Part shown: in pieces, positions 18,778-29,300 of the stretch
Layout: the number at the start of each line of letters is the position of its first letter
How positions within the stretch are numbered: the first letter of the stretch is position 1
NCBI GenBank assembly: GCA_036881805.1
Contig: JBAJNK010000092.1
Span: 1-44,493 of the forward strand
DNA from: Flavobacteriales bacterium
Lineage (GTDB): Bacteria; Bacteroidota; Bacteroidia; Flavobacteriales; JANQLC01
Direction of reading: 5' to 3'
DNA: 44,493 bases
Position numbers and translations under genes: made by a program
The notes under the pieces: generated by a model
The model's database searches: none
The model's input: the letters and a program-made list of their open reading frames with translations, nothing else
Told to the model about the DNA's origin: nothing

Positions 18778-20124
18778 TCAATTTAAAGGGACGCCTGTGT
18801 AGAAGTCCAGGACCTTGAGTTTAAAAAAGCAATCGTATTTCGAGCGCACGCCATCGGCCTTTGCTTTCACCCATTTGTTCTTTGCCTGATTGAAGTCAAA
18901 ACTGCTTATCGCACCTACTGCAAAGCGCTTGCTCGCGTATTCAAAGGCTTGGTGCGCAGCCATTTCCGTTTTTCCCGCTGCCCGATAAGCGCTGTGTGCC
19001 GCCTTGGCAGCCGTATAAGCCTTCTCAATGTCCTGGCGCAACTCATTCTCGGTTTGCTGCAAGTCTAATTCCGCTTGTAGTCTATCTATTTTGGCCTTTG
19101 CGACTCGGTTCCTCGTCTGCAATCGGTTGAATAGGGGAATCGCGAGTGAAATGCCTACCCCATACGACTTGTTATTGTCCAGCTGACTTAGAAAATCCGT
19201 ATCCACAGCGCTTCCCACCCCAGGCTTCTTCCCCAAGACCTTTGAATAAATAGAAGAAAGACCCAATCGTGCATCAAGGGTAGGCATATAAGCTGTCTTA
19301 GCGATCTCTATGCCCTTTTGGGCGCTTTGTACCCTTAGGCTTCCACTTTTGATTTCAGACCAGCTCGTCAAGGCTTTCCGATATATCGCTTTGGGATCGT
19401 ACCTCGACAGGACACCATCTGGAATCTCGAATGCTATATCGGCTAGCTGAAAATCACCTGTATTGTCGAGCTGCAGGAGTTGTGCTAGAGATAACCGATT
19501 GAGGTCGTATCCATTTCGGGCCTCGGTTAGACTTTGGGAATCGGCTGCCAAAGTGCTTTGGATATCATACACAGCGCCAAGGGGTAAGGCACCGGCTGCC
19601 ACCTGTTTTTCCACCCGACTGAGCTGATCCCTATCGATCTGCAACTGGGCTTCCTCAATCTGAATCAACGCCTTACTATACAAAACTTGCAAATAGGCAT
19701 TGGTTATGGAAAGCGCTATGTCATCTCTGGTGGCCTTCTCGTCGAACTCGCTCATCTCTCTATCGAGATTCGCCCTGTTCAGCGTTTTGACATTTTTAAG
19801 CCCATCGAATAGCGTTACCGAAGTAGCGATGCCGAGACTTACATTTTGGAAGTCATGACGCACCCGTTCATTGGTCTGTTGGTCGATGGATGTGCCAAAG
19901 CTATAATCATTCGATGCGGTTGCATTCAAATTTGGTAGGAAATTGCCCAGCGCCGTTTTTCTATCGGCTTCTCGTGTTTCGGTCTGCAAGTGCGCTTTTT
20001 TGACCGCTATGTTGTTCGCATACGCGTAGTGTATGCATTTGGACAAGGTCCAGCTCTTCTGTGCCCGAACCGCTGCGGGAAAGAGGAGCAAAGCCGCAAA
20101 GCCAAAAGCGCTCGTGAAATTCAT
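18778..20124 (-). CDS. TolC-family outer membrane protein
   Basis: Signal peptide, then WTL..CI.YA..NN, FLPNL, LFDG, AY.QVL, YMPTL and IPLFN; two OEP repeats. Start moved to ATG 20124. Confidence 0.9.
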   Translation of the reverse strand: MNFTSAFGFAALLLFPAAVRAQKSWTLSKCIHYAYANNIAVKKAHLQTETREADRKTALGNFLPNLNATASNDYSFGTSIDQQTNERVRHDFQNVSLGIATSVTLFDGLKNVKTLNRANLDREMSEFDEKATRDDIALSITNAYLQVLYSKALIQIEEAQLQIDRDQLSRVEKQVAAGALPLGAVYDIQSTLAADSQSLTEARNGYDLNRLSLAQLLQLDNTGDFQLADIAFEIPDGVLSRYDPKAIYRKALTSWSEIKSGSLRVQSAQKGIEIAKTAYMPTLDARLGLSSIYSKVLGKKPGVGSAVDTDFLSQLDNNKSYGVGISLAIPLFNRLQTRNRVAKAKIDRLQAELDLQQTENELRQDIEKAYTAAKAAHSAYRAAGKTEMAAHQAFEYASKRFAVGAISSFDFNQAKNKWVKAKADGVRSKYDCFFKLKVLDFYTGVPLN

Positions 20125-20195
20125 CGGCTTCACTTTACGGATGTCGCACACGACACACATCGGTTTGAAATGCGCAAAATTTGTCACACTGCGAA

Positions 20196-20423
20196 TTAAG
20201 TCTTTTGATTTTTATTGTGGCGATACCAGAGAAAGGCTACCGTGCCTATGGCGATGTAGGGAAAAGCCATCAGGTAAACGATGCCGCTATTCAAGCCACC
20301 GACCATGGCATTTCCGCTGCGCAGGGCAGACTCGGCAGTCGCCCGACACATGGCGCACTGCGCGGGCAGACGCATTGAAAAACCCAGGATAAATAAGAAA
20401 AATGCCAATACCCGCTTTTCCAC
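20196..20423 (-). CDS. Small membrane protein with an AQCAMC motif (cox-cluster associated)
   Basis: AQCAMCRA...GLNSGIVYLMAFPY pattern seen next to DUF420 in Bacteroidota. TACCTTTG at 20428-20435 supports the GTG at 20423. Confidence 0.8.
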   Translation of the reverse strand: MEKRVLAFFLFILGFSMRLPAQCAMCRATAESALRSGNAMVGGLNSGIVYLMAFPYIAIGTVAFLWYRHNKNQKT

Positions 20424-20453
20424 ACCACAAAGGTACGAAATACTTTCCATACG

Positions 20454-20996
20454 CTAGTAATAGGGCGACATAAACAGATACACCAGCACACCCGTAACCG
20501 CCACGTACAGCCAAATGGGAAACGCAATCCGAGCTATTTTCCGGTGCTTTACATATTCTTTGTTCAAGGCTCGATACATGCTAAACAAGGCCAGGGGAAC
20601 CACAAAAGCGGCTAAGATAATATGGGTGATCAAGATGAAAAAATAAACGTATCGCACCCATCCCTTACCCCCAAAATGAGCGGGTTCCGCACTGAGCTTC
20701 GAGACGATATAGGAAACCAAAAACACAACCGACAGCGCAAAAGCCACCAGCATACTGATTTTATGCGCATTTGACTTTTTGTTCTTGATAAAGGTATAAC
20801 CCAAGGCGAGCAAAACCGCCGTGCTCCCGTTTAGGGCCGCGTGAAAAAACGGTAGGCTGCTGCGCGACTCCCCCACCGGGTTATAGCGGTGTGGTAAATA
20901 CATCAAAACCAACACTGCCACAGGCACTACAACAGCCAGGCCTATGATGAGCGGTATGAAAATCCGGTCGCGTTTGGAATGGGTGCGCTCACGCAT
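20454..20996 (-). CDS. DUF420 membrane protein (cytochrome oxidase assembly associated)
   Basis: LPFFHAALN, HK..ML.AF.LS..FLVSY, YFFILITHI, HRKIAR...PIWLYVAVTGV motifs; probable start ATG 20996. Confidence 0.92.
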   Translation of the reverse strand: MRERTHSKRDRIFIPLIIGLAVVVPVAVLVLMYLPHRYNPVGESRSSLPFFHAALNGSTAVLLALGYTFIKNKKSNAHKISMLVAFALSVVFLVSYIVSKLSAEPAHFGGKGWVRYVYFFILITHIILAAFVVPLALFSMYRALNKEYVKHRKIARIAFPIWLYVAVTGVLVYLFMSPYY

Positions 20997-21606
20997 CGAG
21001 TAGGGTTTGAATATCCCTTTCCAAGCGGGTGATGTCTTTGGACTTGGTACCATCGTAAAATACCGGATTGCCATGGGCATCTCGGGGCACGCGGATATTT
21101 CCCTCCTTATCGACGAGCATAAAATATTGGGTGTGGAAAAAGCCCCCTGGCGCTGCGGTATCCGGTTGTGCGCTTGCGAAATAGCCCCTCACAGCCAAGT
21201 CGTATATCGCCTCAGGCGCACCGGTCAGGAAATTCCAGTTTTCGGATGTAGCGCCCAAATTTTTCGCATAGCGATGCAGCACTTCCGGCGTATCGGTCTT
21301 CGGATCTACCGTAAAGGAGGCTATGCCAAATTCGGCGTTGCCTGTAAACTTATTTTGAAGGGCGACCATATGCCTATTTAGGATCGGGCATATAGTCGGA
21401 CAGCTGGTAAAGAAAAATTCCGCTACGTAGACCTTGTCGTCGTAAAAGTGATCTGTGATGGTCTTTCCTTCCTGGTTGGTAAAACGAAAAGCAGGTGCCT
21501 TACCCAAGACCATCAAGTCATCTGCCCGCTTGGTGCAAGCCGAGGGGATCGATACAACGGCTGCGATTAACATGCTGCGTTTCATGGTTTTTTCAATGCG
21601 TTTCAT
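20989..21606 (-). CDS. SCO1/SenC copper chaperone
   Basis: FFFTSCPTICP CxxxC motif, VDP..DTPE and the conserved His (FFHT). Confidence 0.95.
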   Translation of the reverse strand: MKRIEKTMKRSMLIAAVVSIPSACTKRADDLMVLGKAPAFRFTNQEGKTITDHFYDDKVYVAEFFFTSCPTICPILNRHMVALQNKFTGNAEFGIASFTVDPKTDTPEVLHRYAKNLGATSENWNFLTGAPEAIYDLAVRGYFASAQPDTAAPGGFFHTQYFMLVDKEGNIRVPRDAHGNPVFYDGTKSKDITRLERDIQTLLDA

Positions 21607-22268
21607 GGTTTTCTTAATTTGTATCTGTCGTTTTTCTCAAGTCTCAGCCGGTATTCGGCGAGCAGTATATGTATGTCGTCTCGCAGTTCGCTGTTCAGCA
21701 TAGATACATCGGAAGCGTCATAGGCGTGAATCGAGCCATATTTTTCATCTTCGACCCGGCCGCGCAGGGCTAAATCTTTGTCGAGGAGCAAGACGTAGTG
21801 GCTTCCGCAGCCCGGGTTCGCCACCAAAGCGGGTTTCAAATGGTTTAAATCACCCCTTAGCCGTGCACAGGGTTTCACATATATACGCCAATTATCAGGC
21901 CGTTTACCATTGCGGATTACCAAGTCTTTTTCCAGCGCTTTCTTTGCCGAATCACCGGTGACAAAGCTCACCATTTGGAAGTCCTTCAGCTGCCGATAGG
22001 GGTGGTACGTTTCATCGTACAGGTTGGTCAGTATGCCCCTGCTTTCAGCATTCAGGTTGCCGTTGAATACCAACACGCTCACCTTATTCCTGAAATCGGC
22101 TTCCGAAAAGCCGTCTCCGGTCAAGCCAAGCCCCGGATTGGAATCGACCACCGCCAGGGTGGCGATTCGATTTTTGTCTTTTGAAATGATGACCAGGGTA
22201 AAATAAAGACAGAAGGGGAGCAGTAGGATGCTGAGCAATAGACCCCGTTGCTTTATCGACTGCCACAT
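21603..22268 (-). CDS. Membrane-anchored SCO-like/thioredoxin-fold hypothetical protein
   Basis: N-terminal TM; C-terminal LLDKD..LRGR....YDA......L.DDI..LLAEYR resembles the SCO C-terminus but there is no CxxxC; lies within the cox operon. Confidence 0.8.
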   Translation of the reverse strand: MWQSIKQRGLLLSILLLPFCLYFTLVIISKDKNRIATLAVVDSNPGLGLTGDGFSEADFRNKVSVLVFNGNLNAESRGILTNLYDETYHPYRQLKDFQMVSFVTGDSAKKALEKDLVIRNGKRPDNWRIYVKPCARLRGDLNHLKPALVANPGCGSHYVLLLDKDLALRGRVEDEKYGSIHAYDASDVSMLNSELRDDIHILLAEYRLRLEKNDRYKLRKP

Positions 22269-22272
22269 GAAA

Positions 22273-22596
22273 CTACAATTTCAATATGTCCCGTACGTAT
22301 GTAGATTCTACCAACAATATGAAGATCAGGTAAGGGACCAGGATGTACAACGGTAAAGTAATGGTCAGTCTCAAATTGCTGTACTCGTGCTTCATATGCA
22401 TAAAGAACCAAACGATACAATAGGCCTTGTAGAGCGTCAAGAGGATAAAGGTCAAATCCAGCAGGCTGATCAGGCCCGAAAATATTTCAACCGTTAGAAA
22501 TTCAGGCCGATAAATACCCAAGAGTACTTCGGCCAGGGTGACGATACTCAATACGATAAACACCTTCCAAATCGCCGCTGTTCCCTTGTCCACCAT
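22273..22596 (-). CDS. Cytochrome c oxidase subunit IV family protein
   Basis: IWKVF.VLSIVT..EV and LT..KAY.IV..FMHMKHE motifs; three TM helices. Confidence 0.9.
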   Translation of the reverse strand: MVDKGTAAIWKVFIVLSIVTLAEVLLGIYRPEFLTVEIFSGLISLLDLTFILLTLYKAYCIVWFFMHMKHEYSNLRLTITLPLYILVPYLIFILLVESTYVRDILKL

Positions 22597-22615
22597 AAGC
22601 CACTTACAAAAAAGA

Positions 22616-23545
22616 TCAAATCAAATAAAAGAATGTAAAGACAAACACCCAAACCAAATCCACAAAGTGCCAATACAAACCCACTTTTTCAACCATTTCG
22701 TAATGCCCGCGCCCCTCGTATGTGCCGAGCAAGACATTGAGGAAAACGATGACGTTGAGTATCACGCCCGTAAAGACGTGAAAGCCGTGAAAGCCTGTAA
22801 TAAAAAAGAAGAAATCGGCAAACTGCGGCAGTCCATATTCATTTTTCACCAAGTTAGCCCCTCGTACGACCGCCTTTGCGTGGGCAAAAACCGCATCGCC
22901 CTGGCTGTGCGGTAATACGGTTTGGTTTGCCATGCGCAACTGCACCCCTGGGCTCGCCTCAAATGCGCGTTTGAGCTCGGGAAGTGTATGGGTGACCGCT
23001 CGACCTGATGAGCCGCTAAGCGCATCCAGCGAAATTTTTTCGTATACGGGCTCGTCGTTTCGCACGCCTTTCGGTTTCACGAAATGGACGATGGAACCGT
23101 CGTTCAATTGCAGGGCGCCGGCTTCGCCTTTTATGAAATGATACCACTCCCAGGCTTGGGAGCTCAAGAAGATCCCACCGCCGATAATCGTCAAAAAGAG
23201 GTAGATCACCACCGTATTTTTCCGCATCTGGTGTCCGGCATGCACAGCCAATACCATGGTCACGGATGAAAAGATCAGCACAAAAGTCATAAAGGCTACA
23301 TAGATCATGGGATACCCACCACCCAAGAGCGGGACATGTGAAAAGACTTCACCGGGCTCAGGCCACGAGTGGATAAATTTAAATCTCGAAAACCCATAAG
23401 CCGCGAGAAAACCGGAAAATGTAAGCGCATCCGACAAGATGAAAATCCACATCATCAATTTGCCATAGCTGGCTCCCAGCGGGCGCCGGCCACCCCCCCA
23501 TAACGCTCGGGTCGAGATGACTTCCGTATAAGTGGTCGTTTGCAT
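22616..23545 (-). CDS. ctaE: Cytochrome c oxidase subunit III (long form)
   Basis: KLMMWIFILSD, LIFSSVTMV.AV, FF.ITGFHGFHV and GLYWHFVDLVW motifs. Start ATG 23545 follows TAAATTTG at 23560-23567. Confidence 0.93.
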   Translation of the reverse strand: MQTTTYTEVISTRALWGGGRRPLGASYGKLMMWIFILSDALTFSGFLAAYGFSRFKFIHSWPEPGEVFSHVPLLGGGYPMIYVAFMTFVLIFSSVTMVLAVHAGHQMRKNTVVIYLFLTIIGGGIFLSSQAWEWYHFIKGEAGALQLNDGSIVHFVKPKGVRNDEPVYEKISLDALSGSSGRAVTHTLPELKRAFEASPGVQLRMANQTVLPHSQGDAVFAHAKAVVRGANLVKNEYGLPQFADFFFFITGFHGFHVFTGVILNVIVFLNVLLGTYEGRGHYEMVEKVGLYWHFVDLVWVFVFTFFYLI

Positions 23546-23564
23546 AGCAGAAAACGCGACAAAT

Positions 23565-24134
23565 TTAGCGAACAAAATATAGAAACAGGCACAAAAAAAC
23601 CCACAACCCTGTTAGAAAATGCCAGAATAGCAATCCGAGCTGAAAGCCCAAGGTGTTCCCCCGTCCGTATTTATGCCACCATGTCTTTACCGTTATACAA
23701 GTCGATGCGATGACACCGCCCAAGACGTGTGCGAGATGGGCTACGACCAACACGTACATAAAGGATCCGGCAATGTTGCTCCGCGCACCGGTAAAGTAAA
23801 TGCCATCTCGTATCAATTGCGCAAAACCGAGAAATTGGGCGTACATGAAACCCAGACCCAACAAAAGCGCAGCAGTCGCATACCCTGCGCTGCGCGTATG
23901 GCTTCCCCTTTTTAAGCAGGCATAAGCCAACTGCAAACTCACACTGCTCAGCAGGATTAACAAGGTGCTTACAAACAATTGGGGGGGAAAGGGAATGCGC
24001 TGCCAGTCTCCACCGGCCATACGCACCAAATAGCCGCTGGTCAGCCCGGCGAAGAAGATAAAAATACTCGCCATCCCCGCATAGAGCAAAGGTTTGGCTA
24101 CCTCTCGACCCTGTTTTTTTACTAGGTCGCGCAT
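23565..24134 (-). CDS. Cytochrome c oxidase subunit III (short form)
   Basis: FAGLTSGYLV, ST..ILLSS, H.AHV.GG and FWHFL..LW motifs. Confidence 0.9.
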   Translation of the reverse strand: MRDLVKKQGREVAKPLLYAGMASIFIFFAGLTSGYLVRMAGGDWQRIPFPPQLFVSTLLILLSSVSLQLAYACLKRGSHTRSAGYATAALLLGLGFMYAQFLGFAQLIRDGIYFTGARSNIAGSFMYVLVVAHLAHVLGGVIASTCITVKTWWHKYGRGNTLGFQLGLLFWHFLTGLWVFLCLFLYFVR

Positions 24135-25075
24135 CTGACAAATTTATCGACCACATAGATGATCTGTACGACCGGCAGGTACACGACACTAGCCAGCAAT
24201 AGGTCTCGGGCAGACTTCGAGTCCATTCGCCGGCGCAACCGCAGCGAAAAGCCAAAGAAAATCGCACCGCAAATGATCACCCAAACGGCAGCCTGAACCG
24301 ATAGGTGCAAACGCCCCGTCAACCCAAATGCAGGCCATATAGATATGGGAATCAGGCTAAAGCTGTAGATCGCAATCTGCATAGCGGTGGATCGATCCCG
24401 GCCACCGGAAGGCAGCAAATTATACCCGGCTCGCTCGTAATCGGCAAAGGCCAGCCAGCCTATCGCCCAAAAATGTGGAAACTGCCACAAAAACTGTATT
24501 AAAAACAAGGTGCCGGGTTCAATATTGAACGAATTGCTGGCCGCTACCCACCCCAACATATAGGGAATGGCACCGGGAAATGCCCCGACAAAAACAGACC
24601 AGGGCGTAACGGCTTTTAGCGGTGTATACGCAAAGACGTACAAAATAATGCTGACAAAAGCCCAAACGGCCGCCTGAAAGCTGAGGTAGCACAGCAGCGT
24701 CAAGCCCCCAATCGCCAGGGATAGGCCGAGATAAAAAGCTGCGGTAACCGATACACGGCCAGTAGGCAAGGGGCGATTGCGGGTGCGGTGCATCAACTTG
24801 TCTTTATCCCGCTCGATAATCTGGTTGAAAACATTGGAAGCGCCCACCATCAAATAACCGCCTGAGATGAGGACGAGTAGATTTTCGACCTCCACCGAAT
24901 CGACGGCGAGCAAATAGCCGGCTACAGCGGAGAAAACGACGCTTACCGATAGGCGCGCCTTGGTGAGCTGCCAAAAATCACACCAAATGGCGTATGCGAC
25001 GGTGCGATTTTCAACCGGCTCTTGCCATACCCTGCCCTGTGCCTCAAAACGATCCATCGCGGCTGGGTCGGCCAT
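24122..25075 (-). CDS. cyoE: Protoheme IX farnesyltransferase (heme o synthase)
   Basis: NQIIERDKD.LM.RT.NRPLPTG, YTPLK, GAFPGAIP and WQFPHFWAI motifs. Confidence 0.96.
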   Translation of the reverse strand: MADPAAMDRFEAQGRVWQEPVENRTVAYAIWCDFWQLTKARLSVSVVFSAVAGYLLAVDSVEVENLLVLISGGYLMVGASNVFNQIIERDKDKLMHRTRNRPLPTGRVSVTAAFYLGLSLAIGGLTLLCYLSFQAAVWAFVSIILYVFAYTPLKAVTPWSVFVGAFPGAIPYMLGWVAASNSFNIEPGTLFLIQFLWQFPHFWAIGWLAFADYERAGYNLLPSGGRDRSTAMQIAIYSFSLIPISIWPAFGLTGRLHLSVQAAVWVIICGAIFFGFSLRLRRRMDSKSARDLLLASVVYLPVVQIIYVVDKFVRCAT

Positions 25076-25206
25076 ACAAATTAGAAAATAGGATGGGCGT
25101 AATATTATACATGTTTGGCTTTAAAAATGATGTACTGATCACAGCACTCCGTTTAATTTTCTAACATTCGGTCTCAGCGCTGGGGCGACCTGACACACGC
25201 ATGCAT

Positions 25207-25938
25207 TTATTTCTCTTCTCTCGCCAGCATCGCTGCGGCTGAAGAGGTACCGATGCGCTGCACGCCCAACTTTACATAGCGTTCGGCTTCTTTCCGGTTT
25301 CGAATACCCCCCGAGGCTTTTACCCCGAGGGGACCGCTGTTTTCGACCAAGATCTTTATGTCGCGCACCGTTGCACCACTCGGTATCCCCGCTGCGGTCT
25401 CATAGTAACCGGTAGCAGATTTTACAAAGACTCGTGTCGCTCGGTTTCGGCCAAAGTTGGACACGACTACATCGCGAATAATCAGTGTGAGGTGCTCGAT
25501 TTGCGCCTCGGAGAGTGCAGCGGTTTCGACGATCCATTTACAGATTTTACCGGCTTCCAAACAGACTCGGGTTCCTTCGTAAACCGCTTCCTTGAGCTTG
25601 TCGTGATGCCCTGCTTTATAAGCCTTGTAATCGATGACAAAGTCCAATTCATCCACACCCCTTTCGATTAAACGATTCGCCTCGTCGATCTTTTTCGCGA
25701 GCGAGGCCGTGCCTTTGGGAAAATCGACCACCGAGACGACATGAAGGGCAGACTGGGCTTCATCCACCATTTTACGCGCCAAACCGACGTGGTTTGGGCG
25801 CAGTACAACAGCTTTAAAGCCTTCTTTTACAGCCTCTTGAACCAAATGGACAACCACTTCTCTATCCGCTTTCACAGAAATTCCCGCTTCCTGAGGCGTC
25901 TTTAGATATGTGCTGTCGATAAAAGGTCTCAGGTCCAT
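25207..25938 (-). CDS. deoC: Deoxyribose-phosphate aldolase
   Basis: IDSTYLK, VVDFPKG, DELDFV, K.IVET, FVKSATG, VKASGGIR and RIGTSS motifs. TACCTTTG at 25956-25963 supports the ATG at 25938. Confidence 0.94.
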   Translation of the reverse strand: MDLRPFIDSTYLKTPQEAGISVKADREVVVHLVQEAVKEGFKAVVLRPNHVGLARKMVDEAQSALHVVSVVDFPKGTASLAKKIDEANRLIERGVDELDFVIDYKAYKAGHHDKLKEAVYEGTRVCLEAGKICKWIVETAALSEAQIEHLTLIIRDVVVSNFGRNRATRVFVKSATGYYETAAGIPSGATVRDIKILVENSGPLGVKASGGIRNRKEAERYVKLGVQRIGTSSAAAMLAREEK

Positions 25939-25995
25939 AAACCGATTTTTGGCTGCAAAGGTAAAAATCAAAGAGATACTTTCTCAAATACAGCA

Positions 25996-26300
25996 TTACA
26001 CCGCATTTATCTCGGCCAAGGTCGTTTGCACCGCTTTGATCTGCGTTTCAAATCGGGGTGCGATATGTCTCCCACTCAGTTAAAAGATAAGAATCGGATG
26101 TGCCAATCCTTTACCCTGGACGGAATCCACCGCGCTTTTAAATGGAGCCGCCAGTTTCTTATAGCCTGCTGAAGCTGTAGGCCAAAGCTTATGTGCGCTT
26201 ACGAGGTCGCTCAAATTCACGGCGATAGCCGCATAGTTCGAGTATTTGGTGGCGCCTAGCCAAATAAAACCCTTTCCTCGACTTGGAGCCCTACAACATT
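25996..26300 (-). pseudogene. Possible degraded ORF of unknown family
   Basis: About 100 codons in one frame with a single internal TAA (26080-26082) and no good start codon; protein-like composition. Confidence 0.3.
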
Positions 26301-26305
26301 GTTCA

Positions 26306-29300
26306 TTATTTCAACGCTTTCAGCAATTCTCTAACCGCTGCTTCCAGCTGGGTGTCTCTGCCGTTTAAGCAGGCTGCATAGGGCAAGGGAACCAAAATAT
26401 CCGGTTCTAACTCCAGATTCTCCGTGGGTCGGCCTTCTTTGCCGATGGTGGCAATCATGGGAATACCGAATACGAGGGTCGGATCGATCTGTCTTTCCCA
26501 CCATACCGCTGTTCCGGTACCCGCCACCGGCATGCCCACCAATTTGCCAATGCCGTTTTGCCTATATACATAAGGAAAGAGAAATGCATCGCTGTAATTG
26601 CCTTCATTCATGAGGACAATGCTCGGCTTGGTCCAGCGATACGAGGGCTCTCCACCTTTTAGTACATGGCCTTGCGGCGCCCATTTCAAATATCGCTTAC
26701 CGCTCAAAAAGGTATTTAAATCATCGTGCAAGTTACCGCCGCCGTTAAAACGCGTATCGACCAACAATGCTTTTCTATCTCTGTTCTTACCAAATACATT
26801 TTCATAGAAAGCTCTAAAACTGCTGTCATCCATCTCGCGAACGTGAACATAGCCGATCTGACCCCCGCTCAAAGAATCGACCATCTCAGCCATGATCTGC
26901 GTCCATCGTTTATACATTAGCTTCCTTTCCGTTCGCATGGAAACGGGTTTAACGATTTCTTCCAAGCGCAAACCACCGCTCTTAATGGTCAACAGGGTGT
27001 TTTTACCCCTTATGTTATTCAGGTAGCGATTGGGGTTTTCATCGGCTTTAATGATCTTCCCATCGATCTTTGTGATGATATCGCCCGCTTTTATCTCAGT
27101 TCCAGCCTTATCGAGCGGACCGCCTTGTATGACTTCGCTCACTTTAATACCCGGGCCGGTATAGCACTCATCGTATAGCAGGCCCAGCGAAGCGGTTTGG
27201 GTACCATGACGATAGGGATAATAACGCGCGCCGGTATGGGATACATTGAGTTCGCCCAACGTCTCACTCAACAAGACTTGAAAATCGTAATTGTTGTCGA
27301 TATGGGGCAAAAACGCGGCGTATGCATCGCGATACATTTTCCAATCCATGCCGTGAATGGTGGGATCGTAGATCTTTTTGGTCACCTGTCTCCAAATGTG
27401 ATCGAATATGTATTTTCGCTCCGCAGCCGCATCGATTACCATATCGCCATCCAAATCTATATTTTTAACCCTACCACTTTGGGTATTGACTCGAACCGGT
27501 CTACCGCGATTGATCAGAAACAGGGTATTTCCGTCACCGCTGATTTGAATGCCGCTCGGGGAGCCGCCGAGTTTGGCCAGAATCCGGGTCTTTCTCGTCC
27601 TCGGCTCGGTTACCCAGAGGTCGTATCCCTTTTCAAAAGCGGATAGATAGTACAGCTTACTCGCATCTTTGTTTAAAGCGTAATCGCTGATATCGGAGCT
27701 GTTGATGGTCAGTCTTACTTTACGAGTATTGAGATTTTTTAAGTCGAAGCCCAACCGCTTTACTCTTTTACCCTTCTTCTTGGATTTTTTATCCGCCTGA
27801 TGCGCATCTTTTTTGTCTTTCTTCTCTTTCTTTTCCCGGTCTTTCAAAAGCGCAAAATCCGCTTTACTCAACTTATAGCGATCGTAAGCCTTGCGGTTGA
27901 AAAACACCGCATAAACGTCCGATTGGCGCCTCGAATTCTCGGCGAGCGATCGCTTGCCGTTGCGATTGGTCGAATAGGTCATCATCTTCCCGCCCATACC
28001 CCATTTGGCATCGTACTCACCAAATCCGCCGTTTACGGGATAGACGATCTCCCCGCTGCCATCGGCTTTGATCAACGCGGTATTCTCAAACGAATCATAT
28101 CCCCTTTCATCATCGACCAACAGCCATTTGCTGTCCGGGCTCCACGCAAAGCCCCAGTCACCATCCCGGTTGGAATAATTATGCCCTTGGGGCAATACCG
28201 TCGTCTTCACTTTGGTGTTGAGATTCAAAACTTTTAGGATATTTCGCTCATAGACAAAGGCGACTTTTTTGCCATCCGGCGAATAGCGCGGCTGAAATTC
28301 TTCCGCATCGGTTGCGATAAGGGGTTCCGTATGCAAGGCCGTCGAAGCGTAAAAATACTTTTCTTCGGGTCGGGTTAAGGTCACTTTATAAATATTCCAG
28401 CTCCCGTCTCGTTCACCGGAAAATAACAAAGTCTTGCCGTCCGGCGACCAATCGATCATGCGTTCTTGTTCGGGCGTATCGGTGATGCGTTTGGTCCTGG
28501 AGCCGGCCCCGGTGACGAATACCTCACCCCGGTTGACGAAAGCCAATTCCTTGCCATTGGGGCTTACCGCAAATTCGGTCACGGTGTTGATCTTTACATT
28601 TTTCTCAGTTTGAAACCCCGAATCATCCCGCACTTCAACCCGAAGTTTTTTGGGTTTATCCCCATCGGTAATCGTATATAAATCCCCCTTCCAAGTAAAA
28701 GCCAAAGCGTTAGTCCGGGAAACGCTCAAATGGCGAACGGGAAAATCGGTAAATGCGGTGAGTTGCTTTTCAGAGCCGCTTTCCAATGATTTTTTATACA
28801 GGTTTTGCGTGCCGTCTCTTTCACTTAAATAGTACACGTGCCGATCATCCGAAGCGAATACGGGCGCTCTGTCCTCACCTTTGAAATCGCTTAGTCGTCT
28901 ATAGGTGTTATCCCCGATGTCGTACAACCAAATATCCCGTGTAACGGAAGAGGTATGGTGTTTTCTATAGGGATCTTCATATCCCTTTCTGTCTTCAAAT
29001 ACAATTTTAGATCCGGTCGCGTTATAGTGCGCCTCCTCTGCCCCAGCAGCGGTCAGCAAAATGGGGCGGCCGCCCCTTACGGGAATGGTATATAAATTCT
29101 CAAAGAGGTGGGGGGTCGGAAATCGCACACTCTTTGCAGGTGCTTCCCGGCCACTGCCAAATAGTACTTTGCGGTTGTCTGGCGTAAAATCATAGGGGTA
29201 ATCCGCTGCGCTGTGGTAGGTAATCCGCACCGGGGTCCCGCCGGTAGATGGCATGGTATACACATCGAAATTACCATAGCGATCACTGGCAAAAGCCAGG

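Noticed and set aside
22616-24134. Two cox subunit III genes without subunits I and II
   Set aside because: This is the normal flavobacterial arrangement; subunits I and II are usually encoded at the alternative complex III locus.
27770-27850. Lys-rich low-complexity stretch in the S41 protease
   Set aside because: A charged linker typical of tricorn-like proteases, not a separate repeat element.
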